This document shows, one piece after another, positions 46,576 through 58,614 of a stretch of DNA of 64,000 nucleotides. Where the stretch lies: assembly GCF_963921235.1 (NCBI RefSeq), contig NC_086097.1:68202001-68266000 (forward strand). Reading direction: 5' to 3'. Both the position numbers and the translations under genes were made by a program. This DNA is from Mobula hypostoma (Eukaryota). Numbering within the stretch: the first letter of the stretch is position 1; every line of letters begins with the position of its first letter. The notes under the pieces are model-generated. The model was not told the origin of the DNA, did no database searches, and saw only the letters and a program-made list of their open reading frames with translations.

Positions 46576-49500
46576 TATGTGCTGGTATTGGACTCACAGG
46601 AAACTTCAGACTGCCACATTTGACCATGCGTGTATCTGCTATCTGATAGTGACATCAAGCAAATAATCTGCTTAGATTGGACTTTATGCTAATAAGAAAA
46701 ATGTTTCAAAGTAGTAGTAAGATATATGTACATGAGTACTCAGTCCTAAAAATTGCTTAAAAATGCAGATTGACCTCTTGGTGCTTGGCACTAAAAGCCT
46801 ATAAGAAATACAAAATTTGTGGCAAGGACAAGATACTGTACACAGTGAATTTAGTTTCTCTGCAAAATGCTGGACCTTTTATTTCATTTCCACCATTAGC
46901 CTGGACGAAAGCAAAAAACATCACAACTTAGCAAACAAAATTAATTTTCCATCTTGAAGTTCTAAATTTGCATCCTAAATGTGAGTTAATTTTGCAGCTG
47001 TCATTTGGGAATTGTAATTAATATCCTAAGGATTCCGTTAATTATGTGATTTATGTTTCCGACATGAAACTCAACCTTGGAAGCTAATAAAGGAAATAAA
47101 TGTAGTTACGGTGCATCACAACAGAACATAGTTAACTGTTCCTAAAGGTGTTATTTATCTGTCTTGGCAGTACCTCGTGCAGGCATCGCTGGTATCGGTA
47201 AACAATAATTTTCAGGCTGTAGAGGCACTCTGGAACTCAAAAATACACAGAAGATGATTTTTTTTTCCAGAAACTAATTTTTAGGTAGATACTAGAATAA
47301 GAGTAGGAGCTGTCCATTAACTGCAGTTAATGCAAAACTGCTGCGAAATGTATTGATTATTTGAAAATGTGTGTTAACAAAAATAATTGCCCCCCTTTTT
47401 TGGTCAGCAGTGAGCACTGACCATTGAGATTCCCCGAGCAGCAACTGCTATCACAATGGCTCAGAAAGCAGCTCCACAAGGCCATAGCGTTCACATTAGG
47501 AATGAGAGAGTGGAGAGAGAGATAGGGGAGGAAGGGCACGCCTTACCCAAAGAACTGATGAAATTCACAGAAAATACAATTCATTTTTCTTGAATACAGT
47601 ACTACAATTCACCCAGAAGATTGGAAATGGAAGCAAAGCACTTGCAATGAAGGGCAGGCATGAAAAAAAGAAGACAGGTTAAATTAGTAGTTCTATATCT
47701 CTTATATATTTCTTCTAAATCTGACGATTGATGAGGCTGTGATTAGACTTCATATCTTCCTCATTGGAGAATGGTACTCATCTTGGAAAGATTTTGTAGA
47801 GGCATAGGCAGAAATTTTAAAATGTTCTCATTTTACATATAGAGACTAAATGGTTTGAGTCTCAGTTGCAATATATGTAACAAATAAATTTAACTAAATA
47901 ATCCTCTTGCTGGGAATGCATCTTTGACTCCAAGAACATGGGGTACCACTCTATCAATTAAAATTAAAAGTACTATCATGTTATTTTGCATTAATTGTTT
48001 ACTGAAAGATTGCTTCCTGTGAAATATCCATTTGATTCTTGTAGTATCCAGTGATCACAATGAAGATGACTTCTTTGCATCCCTTAATGGTTCATTTTGT
48101 CAATGCTAACCGCAGCAACCCTGGGACTTTTAAATGTTAAACCTAAAACTTCCACAATCAATTAAGGTGAAGATTAATGAGCATTATTTACTGAGAATAA
48201 GTCCTTCCTAAGCAGGCAATAACTTATCAGACTTCTGGAATATACTGATATTAATTATAAATTTTCTCAACTTGTCAAGTATCTGACCTGCTGATAACTA
48301 CAGCCATCTGCTGTGAAGTATGTTTACTATCTCAAATGTGTAATTGAAGGCACAGCTGTAATGTAACACATTTTAAGTGTGGCAGAGAGTACTCCTGTAA
48401 TAAAACTCCATAAATCCAATACACATGGGACTTCAGTGCTGCCAGACTAGCAAATTTTCCAGGCCATCAGATATTATTCCATTTATAATCCAACAGACTT
48501 TTAATTTACTTTTTAAATGTAAAACAATGCCATTCCAGTGAAGCTTGTTGGTTTAAAGAGCGTGGGAAATATAGATCCAGTAACATTCAAGCAAGTGTGG
48601 GAAGCAGAACCAGGGGTTTTTAAGGGAGCAAGAGAAACAAAAAACATGTAAATTTCAAGGAAGTGTGGCAAACAGAACCAGGTGGGCTTAAAGAAATACC
48701 AAAACTAGACCCCGGGTGAGTTTAAAGAGAACATAGGAACTTAAAGCCCCAGTGAGTAAAATGCAGCACGGAAACTCAGTTCCCGGTGAGGAAGGATTGC
48801 AGGAACCATAAGCCTGATGTAAAACTATTAGAATATTTGAATAATTAGATAGTGCACAATCAGAGTTTAGACAAGCCATCTATCAGTTGGGAAATGTCAA
48901 GAAGATTTCACAATATTCGGCAACAAATATTTCTCAACTCCATCCTAGAACAAACATGGGTAGTTTAGGACAGGGAAGTGTTTGCCTGTGTTCTCAAGCC
49001 ACCGCAACTCATTTCATTGGTCAGGGCATCACCTAAAGTGTTCTCTGTTTGAGGACTGAGGAGAGGAGGAGGAGTCTGCTATGAATATCATGGGAATTGC
49101 CATTCCCCACCCCTTTCCCTAATATTATGGTGATGTCACTGATACTTGGTGGGGTTAATAGTAGAATCAAAAATAAAACACTGAACAATCCATACTTCCT
49201 TATTGTCAATTCTGGTCAATGTGGTTAAAGAATGGCCTTCATTCCTGTTGGAAGCTGCAAATAAGAAATCAGGACAGTTATGCGGCATACTTTTCACTAC
49301 AATACGATAAAGGTTTCAGTATGTTGAACAAAATACTTCAGGAAGTAAGCAAGAGCAATTGAACTTGGGAAACATAGCTAGATCAAAAAACACAGCAGTC
49401 TCTGGATGGGGATTAAACTTTGTTTAAATTTGTGGAATAATTCAGATTTGAGAATAATTTTAAAGCTGAAACCGGAAAAGATAATAATTTTAAAGAAATC

Positions 49501-51499
49501 TGGATTCAAATGTATGTGCCTCATTTAGATATAAGACTATAATGAGTACCTTCCTGCTTCCCATCTCTCAATTATTTGTTGTTAATCTATCAGTCTGAAG
49601 TACTGAAGGGACTGAATATTATTGCAAAAAAAACGATACTGATAAACTTTATTGGCATTACAGAGTAACATATGTCCTTTCCAAACTACAAACTCATAGC
49701 AGCCTCCCCTTTTCCAACTAATTTAACAAAAGCAATGGATTAATAGCATATCTCTACTACTAATACTGTAAAATGCCTAATGGCATTAACGTTATCTGTG
49801 AAAATGAAAACAACCTGATATAAAACTAGTGGTATTTCTGTGATTATTGATTTAGCTAGTAGAAGAAAATTAAAAGAAGGTAAGCAATAGAAAACTCCAT
49901 CAAAAATTGTTGACTAATTCATGGTTGAAATGTTACATAAAATTAAACCCCACAGTGACAATCCTGCTGTGATCACTCAACAATTGCATAAAAACCCACT
50001 TAGCTCTCCTTAACAAAATATCTCAGATGATATCGGTAGAAAACATATCCATGATAGCATTCTTGATAAAATATTACATGTTCGAATCATTGGAAAATAC
50101 AAGGCTCAATGTCTGGTCGGTGCAAGAGAAAGAAAACAGTTCTTCAAGGAGCCCAGGAGCAGAAGATTAAAAAATATGCTTACTACTATTGATTGCCAAT
50201 TAATAATCAATCTTAGTACAGCAAATTTGGTGAATTGATGAGTCTGAATATGACAATCTCCATGGCTTAGTAACCTATTATTGCTTATTGACCAAATCTT
50301 GTGAAAAGAATGAATACATAGTAAAATAAAAAATGCTGTCATCTACGTAACCCAAACTAGTCTGGACTGCTTAGAATTGAGATTGAAACAGAGAAAAACA
50401 CATTTAAAAAATTGGAACATGATAGTGTGGGTACACCAAACACATTTTTGAGGCAAAATTTATTTGAACATTTAAACAGTGTAGAAGAATGCAATCTCGG
50501 AGGTGTGTTTTATTTAATATTATAAATCACATTCAGTGGCTTTCAGTACATTTAACTACAACATGCATAAGAGCATCATTTCAATAAAGTGAATCACATT
50601 TGACAAATGGTTTAATGCAAATCTTAAAAATAAATCATGAACTTAGCAGTTGATTTACAGATCTTTTCTGGGTCTCACCAACAGAACAATATACCCGATT
50701 TACTTCCACAGAAGTAAGCTACAAAGTGATTTACTTCAGCAATAGTTGTTAATCTTCAACAGAGCAACAGAAGAGTTTTGCTCCATTTTCTCTTGGGCTG
50801 GATACGTCAGAAAGAGTTAAGATGGACAACATCAAAAAGAAATTTCAAAAAATCAAACGGACACTAATGTATTCATTTATCTGAATAATATCTCAGACAT
50901 GCCTGTATTGAGCATTTTTATGGAGTCCTGAAAGTTATAATCAATCTCCTTGATCTCACACTGAACCTTGGAAAATTACCCTTTCAATCAGATAAAATGC
51001 AATTTTCAAGTTACCAGGAGATACGGGAACATGGACATTTGAACCTACTTGCCGATACTCTACTCAGATATTAAAAAAAACATTTAACCTCAGGGCTCAA
51101 TTTACCTAAGCATGAACAACAGAGTTCAATTCTAAAAGTGAGAGTGACTGCCTTTGACATTAAAGCAGTACTTAACTACATTAGGCACAAATGAGATGAC
51201 GTAAAACTGATCAGTGATTATCAGGAAGCTCTCTAATAACTGGGTCACAGACAAAGGAAGATGGCTATGGTTTTGGAGGCCAATAATCTTGACTAAATTT
51301 CTCAGATGAGTCTTTCTTTCTTCAAATGGTTCATAAGTGATTCATCTCCACAATAAGGTCAGAACAGTGACTGTACACCAATGATTTTATTTTGTTCCAT
51401 TCATAATTAATGCAAGCTTCTACCTGCTTACAGCAAGATCTGGACAACACCATGTTTGGGCCATGTCAAGCAATATTCAAACCATACAGATTCCAGAAA

Positions 51500-51770
51500 A
51501 TACAGATACGCAAGAGACTCTGCAGATGCAGGTAATTTTGAGTAAGTCACACAGAATGCTGGAGGTCAGACTGCATTCATTCAGGCAAATGAACAGTTAT
51601 CATTTCAAGCCAAGGCCTTTCATCAAGACTGGAAAGGAAGGGGACAGAAATCCGAATAAAAGAAGTCCTGATGAAGGATTTCAGCCTGAAACGTCAACCA
51701 TTCATTTCCCTCCATGGATGTCATCTGACCTGCTGTACACCTCCAGCATTATGTGTGTTGTTTAAAATCC
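51500..51770. mobile_element. Palindromic Penelope-derived short element with two inverted hammerhead cores
   Basis: cacacagaatgctggaggtc ... catttcaagccaaggcctttcatcaagact, then a spacer, then agtcctgatgaaggatttcagcctgaaacgtc ... acctccagcattatgtgtg. Confidence 0.8.
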
Positions 51771-51829
51771 AGAAAATATTTAGTGTAACGAAAAAGATTT
51801 TTACCACATTCAAAGGCATTATTATCACC

Positions 51830-52290
51830 ATTGAGCACATCCAACAGAAGCACTACCACAAGAAAGCAGCATCCATCATCAAGGACCCCCACCATCCAGG
51901 CCTGCTCTTTTCTCGCTGCTGCCATCAGGAAGGAGGTACAGGAACTTTTGGTCCGACACCACTAGGTTCAGGAACAATTAATTACCTTTCAACCATCAAG
52001 CTCCAGATCCACTGTGAACAACTTCACTCACCCTATCACTGACTCCACAACCTATGGAATCACTTTCAAGCACTCTACAACTCATGTTCTCAGTATTATT
52101 TGTTTGTTTGATTGTTTATTTTTTGAATTTGCATAGTTTGTCTTCTTTTGCACATTAGTTGTTTCTGTCTTTGTTCTACTGTGAATGCTTGCAAGATAAT
52201 GAATCCCATACCTAGTGACATATACCATAACATGTACTATTATCAAAAGTAATTTGACGATAAATTTACTTTTGAACTTTAAACTTTGAG
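51830..52290 (+). mobile_element. Rex-Babar/L2 3' fragment
   Basis: TIEHIQQKHYHKKAASIIKDPHHPG...; ctgccatcaggaaggaggtacagg; tail taaatttacttttgaactt. Confidence 0.8.
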
Positions 52291-53655
52291 GTACAATTAA
52301 CAATAATGGTTAATTGTAGTGGTGTGTTGTGAAGTCATGTTGTCATCACTAACTTCAGACATAACCAGACTAACCATGTAATTACTGTGACCACAAGAGC
52401 AATCAGATGCTAGGTATCAATGATGAATGCTATATCTCCAGTTTTCCAAGCTCCAAAATCAGTTATAAAGCAGGAATCTACTGGAATACTCTCCCTGAGA
52501 TATAGCTGCAACACAAGAGAAACAATACCTTCCAAGACAAGTAACCTGTTGGATCAGGGATCTATCTACCATCTTAAACATTCACTCAATCTACTTGTGA
52601 TACAAGGGGGTATTGGATATCTTACAGAAGTTCACAAGTCTTCTTTAATAACTCCTCCCAAAACTAGCAATATCCATAGCCTAGATGGTCAAGGGCAGCA
52701 GATGCATGATAATAGTGTTAGCTCCAAGATTCCTGTAATTCACATATCAGACTGACTTCTCACTTTTGTCATCACTCCAGCATCATTAATTCAAAGTCTG
52801 TAATTTCAGTCTTAATGGTACTATGTTAATATCATTATCATATGAACTACACCAGTTTACGGAAGCCTTCCCAAAGGCAACTAATCATGGACAATAAATT
52901 CTGGCCTTGTTAGAGATGGCCACGTTCAATGGAATAAATTAAAATAAACATCTGAAATAAGTTCAATACTTTGATTTTCATGGGATCACAAACTTTAATG
53001 AACTGCAATATTGGTGCTTTGAAAATCCTACAACCACAGCGTAGACACAGCTGCATAGAAGGCAATGCTGATTTTATATTTCTAAACTAAAGGTGGTCAC
53101 AAAGTATTTGTCTCAATAATGTATGATCTTAAATATAGAAGAATAAGTGCAGATAAGGCAAATTCAGCATACAGATAGATAACATCTTTATTTTACTGAA
53201 TTATTAACAGATCAAAGTATATTATATTTATTAATGCCAATAGATCACATTTTAATACCATATATGTCAATTATAAAGACAGAATGAATAAGCATACATT
53301 TAATCAAAACCAGTTTCCCCAAGGATACACTTTTAATCAGAGCTTATGAATAGTTACTAGAAAAGTTCTTATTAATTGCTTCTTTAAATGGTAAACAGGT
53401 CAGTACATACTGCATGCCTGTATAGATTGCATGTGAATCTAATCTTAAAGCATCCAAGCTTAACAGTAAGAATTCTTGTTCTACTCTATGAATAAAGCAA
53501 TAACTATTTGTCAGTACAAAATAAAGGCAGCACACATTTGAAGTACATCAGGATAACAGTAAATTCAAGTAATTATTTATAATACTGTATACTTCTCAAA
53601 ACTTTTACCGCAAGAACAACCAGCTTAAATAAATCTAGCTTGTTGTCACACATAC

Positions 53656-53738
53656 CTGTAGAATATGGCTTCCCAAATTCCGTTCAAACATATTGATAGC
53701 GATGTTACTTGGACTTCTCCTACGTTGTGTTCCTAAAG
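53656..53738 (-). CDS. npas1: Internal coding exon of a neuronal PAS domain protein (NPAS1/NPAS3 group bHLH-PAS factor); linker between bHLH and PAS-A. NPAS1 is favoured over NPAS3 only tentatively.
   Basis: Acceptor ttttgttttgtttAG, 83 nt in phase 1 to 0, donor CAG|GTATG. Encodes (x)LGTQRRRSPSNIAINMFERNLGSHILQ, versus my recollection of NPAS3 (V)[27 protein letters not shown] just before SLDGFVF. Family assignment is strong; paralog identity is uncertain. Confidence 0.85.
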
Positions 53739-54764
53739 CTAAACAAAACAAAATATTAAATATTAAAAGGTTCAATTGAACCACTGGTAAACCACAATTT
53801 AATAATTACGTTAACAATTCTATTTTAATGTCACAAAACAAGGAGTTTATGTCCACCTCATAAAAAGGTAAACAGAAAAATAATGGAGTATATTATTTGG
53901 TAATCCTGTTGGCCTTCTCATAAAACGACATAAACGCTGAATACACTTACAGAAAATGATTAAATTTGGAAATAAACAGGTTCTGTAACTGAAGTAAATT
54001 GAGATTTACCACATAAAACCATTATTGATTGAGCCTTTTATTCATCCTTACTCATTTTGTAATCAAATGCTAAGAAAGGATATACTCCCATGCTCAAAAA
54101 TAAGTCAGTTCTCAGCCCATTTAGATTCAAAATTTAGTTACAAAAATTAATCCTTCAATTAATATATTCCCATTCTGCAAAGATGGTTGAATGTTACAAG
54201 TAAGAATAAACAACAAAGCTGAGGCATTTGCAAATTTCTTGAGCCTGAAATTCTGACTGGATGATCCCTTTGCGCCTTCTCCTGGGATTCCTACTTCACA
54301 GAAACTTGTCTTCTGGCCAGTTTGATTCACTTCATGGATATCGATGTGAATTAGATATGGCAGAGGCTCTGGACCATGTTGACATCCAGCTGCAGTGTGA
54401 AGTGTTATGTTCCCAAATTAGCTATATTCCAACCAAGCATTCCTGTGCATCTACAAAACTGGCATCCACCTGACAGAGTGAAGTCCATGTATATCCAGTG
54501 TACACAATGTAGGCAGTTAAATACCAGTTCCATTCAACTTGCGATCACCAAATAATAAGCACCAACTACTTAGCAACCTGCATTAATGATCCTCAGTTTG
54601 TTCTGACACTGGATCGCATTATTACTTTGCTTTGAAGAAGCTGAATTCCAGATATCAGGTGACGGGAGCTGACTACGTATATGAGACTGGTATCAAATGG
54701 TAAAACTGTAGTCCATGAAACTAGATTCCTAATCCAGTATGAGTCTTATCTGGATTCAAATATT

Positions 54765-57505
54765 GACCATAAGACCATAAATTATAGGAGCAGAATTAGG
54801 CCATTTGGCCCATCAAGTCTGCTTGGCCATTTCATCATGGCCTATCCATTTTTCCTCTCAGCCCCAGTCTCCTGCTTTCTCCCTGTATCCCTTCATACCC
54901 TGACTAATCAAGAACCTATCAACCTCTGCCTTAAATATACCCAATGATCTGGCCTCCACAGCTGCCTGTAGCAACGAATTCCACAGGTTTACCACTCATT
55001 GGCTAAAGAAACTCTTCCTTGTTTCCATTCTAAAAGGACACTCATCCATTCTCAGGCTGTGTCCTCTAGTCTCTCTAGTCCTCTAGTGTCCCCCCACCAT
55101 AGGAAGCATCCTCTCCACATCCACTATCAAGGCCTTTCAACATTCCATAGGTTTCAATGAGGTCACTCCTTATTTTTCTGAATTCCAGATAGTAGAGGCC
55201 CAGAGCCATCAAACGCTCTTCATATGACAAGCCTATCAAACCCAGAATCATTTTCGTAAGCTTTCTTTGAACCCTCTCCAATGTCAGCACATTCTCTTAG
55301 ATATGGGGCCCAAAACTGCTCATATTATTCCAAGTGAGACCTCACCTCACCAGTGCTTTATAAAGCCTCAAAATTACATCCTTGCTTTTATATTTTAGCT
55401 CTCTCGAAATGAATTTGACTTTGTCAACACTGACTAAACCTGTAAATAAACCTTTAGGGGATCCTGTACAAGGACCCCCAAGTCCTTTGCACCTCAGATT
55501 TTTGAATTTTCTCTCCATTTAGAAAGTAGTAAATGCTTTTATTTCTTCTACCAAAGTGCACGACCATGCACTTCCTCACACTGTATTCTATCTGCCATTT
55601 CTTTGCCCATTCACCTAATCTCTCTAAGTCCTTCTGTAGCCTGTCTACTTCTTCAAATTACCTGCCCCTCTACATACCTTGTGTTGTCCACAAACTTGGC
55701 CACAAAGCCATCAATTCTGTCATCCAAATCATTGACATATATGTGGTCTCAATACAGACCATTGTGGAACACCACTAGTCACTGGCAGCCAAACAGAAAA
55801 GGCTCCCTTTACTCTCACTCTCTGCCGCCTGCCAATCAGCAATGCTCTAATCATGCTTGGATCTCTCCTGTAATAGCATGAGTTCTTAACTTGTTAAGCA
55901 GCCTCATGTGTGTCACCTTATCAGAGGACTTCTTAAAACCAAGTACACAACATCCACTGATTCTCCATTGTCTATACTGTTTGTTATTTCTTCAAAGAAT
56001 TCTAATAGCTTTGCCAGGCAAGATTTTCCCTTAAGGAAACCATGCTGACTATGGTCTGTTTTATCTAGTGTCTCTGAGTACTCCGAAACCACATCCTTAA
56101 CAATCGATTCCAACATCTTCCCAACCACTGAGGTCAGACTAACTGGCTTATAATTTCCATTCTTGTGCCTCTCTCCCTTCATGAAGACTGGAGTAACATT
56201 TGCAATTTTCCATTCTTCTGGAACCATGCCAGAATCAATTGATACTTGAAAGATCTTTTCTATTCACTCAACAATCTCTTCAGCCACCTCTTACAGAACC
56301 CTGGGGGGAGAGGGGTATACCACCTGGTCCAGGTGACCTATCTACCTTCAGGCCTTTCAGTTTCCCAAGAACCTTCTTCCTAGTAATGGCAACTTCACAC
56401 ATTTCTGCCCTTTGACACTCTCGAACCTCCACAGTGAAGACTGATGCAAAATACTTATTCAGTTCGTCCGCCACTTCCTTGTCCACCATCACTACCTCTG
56501 ATGCAATATTTTCCAGCAGTTTAATATCTACTCTTGCCTCTCTTTTATACTTTATGTATCTGAAAAAACTTTTGGTATCCTCCTTAATATTACCAGCTAG
56601 TTTACCTTTTTATTCCATCTTTTCCTTCCTTATGACTTTTTAGTTGCCTTCTGTTGGCTTTTAAAAGCTTCCCAGTCCTCTAATCCCACTAATTTTTGTT
56701 CTATTATGGGCCCTCTCTTTGGCTTTTATGTTGGCTTTGACTTCTCTTATTAGACATTGTTGTGTCATCTTTCCTTTAGCAAACTTCTTGCTCTTTGGGA
56801 TGTATGTATCCTGAGCTTTCCAAATTGTTCCCAGAAATTCCAGCCATCGCTGCTCTGCTGTCATCCCTGCTAGTGTTCCTTTCCAATAAATTTTGGCCAA
56901 CTCCTCTCATGCCTCTGTAATTGCCTTTACTCCACTGTAATATTGATACATCTGATTTTAGCTTCTCCTTCTCAAATTGCAGGGTGAATTCTATCATATT
57001 CTGATCATTGGCCCTTTAACTTAACCTATCAAATCAATTCTGTCTCATTGCACAATACCCAGTCCAGAATAGCTAGTTCCTTAGTAGGCTCAGCCATGAG
57101 CAGGTCCAAAAAGCCATCCTGTAAGATTCCAGAGGGTCCCCCTCTTGGGATCCAGCACCAACATGATTTTCCCAATCTATTTGCATACTGAAATCCCCCG
57201 TGACTATCGTAACACTGCCCCTTTGGCATGCATTTTCCATCTTCCATTGTAATTTGTAAACAACATCTTTACTACCGTTTTAGGGTCTGTATATAACTCC
57301 CATTAGGGTCTTTTTACCCTTGAAGTTCCTTAGCTCTAACCACAACAATTCAACACCTTCCTATCCTGTCACCTCTTTGTAATGATTTGATTTCAATTTT
57401 TACCAGCAGAGCCACACTACCCCCTCGGCCTACCTGCCTGTCCTTTAGATACAATGTGTATCCTTGGACGTTACACTCCATGCTATAATCATTTTTCAGC
57501 ATGAT
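54765..57505 (-). mobile_element. CR1 LINE, 5'-truncated (endonuclease through 3' tail); same family as 9061-13355
   Basis: ORFs 57029-57247, 56776-56997, 56280-56492, 55913-56227 (MVPEEWKIANVTPVFMKGERHKNGNYKPVSLTSVVGK) and 55075-55290. Tail (ttatggtc)n at 54765. Confidence 0.93.
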
Positions 57506-58614
57506 TCACAACTTGATCTAGCATAAATTAAGATACCTGTACCTGTTAAGTGTCACTCATGAAAGCATTCCAGACACAATATATGTATTCATATTTTTGG
57601 TTCTTGTCATCAAAGGCAACATTTATTGTCCATCCTTAATTGACCTTGAGAAGATGGTAGTAAGCTGCCTTCTTGAATCTCTTCAATCATTTTAATATAG
57701 GACAAAATTTCACAATTTATATCCAGCGATCATGAAAGACCAATAATATATTTCCAAATCAGGATGCTCTATGACTGAAGAGCCTGCAGGGAATGGAGCC
57801 TATCCTGTGTTTTGGAGGTGTAAGTGCAGGGACTTTGTAGCTGGAACATTTTGCACCACTGTATGCTGGAGTGGAGGGAATTAGTGTTTAATGTGATGGA
57901 TGAGGAAGCAACCAATCATCTTAATGCTTCATTGGTGATCTCTCCATTCGATAGAATCATGAGCGGAGACAGTAATGGATAATTGCACACTGTTAAGTTC
58001 CAGTTGTCGTGCCTCCTGTAATGCAGCAGTCCGTGCACAACCTGACCATTAAACAAATTAAGGCCAATAATTTACAATTAATAATTAATATTTGCACCAT
58101 GCAACAGAGACGTGACTGTCCACTTGCTTTTTCCATTCGCTTTCCAACAACGTCCAGGACTTGTCACATAAATACAGTGAATAAAGGAGCAGGGAACAAG
58201 CCCTGAGATGGGTGACTCACTTCCAGGCACATACGGAGTGTGAAGGAATGCTTTCCACTTGGCTGGATGACTGCTGCTTGAATTACTCTGAGAGAGCTTG
58301 ACATCATCCAAGTGAAACAAAAAGGCTGTCTGCTTGATCAATGGCCCGTTTTACAGAGACATTTCATCCCTCCTCCACCAGTATATTGCGACTGCAGTGT
58401 GTGCAATGTACAAGATACCTGTGCACTGCAGCAGGTCACTAAGACTTTTTCAGCAAACCTGCAGCCTCATTTCCTTCCAGAACAATGGCTGAAGGCTCAT
58501 GGTAACATAAGCCACCCAAATATACTTTTATATTCCATATTATCTTCACCCATAAGGCCACTGCTTTTGCATTGAAAAGACAACATTCCTCCCAAAATAA
58601 AAAAAGGTATTAAA

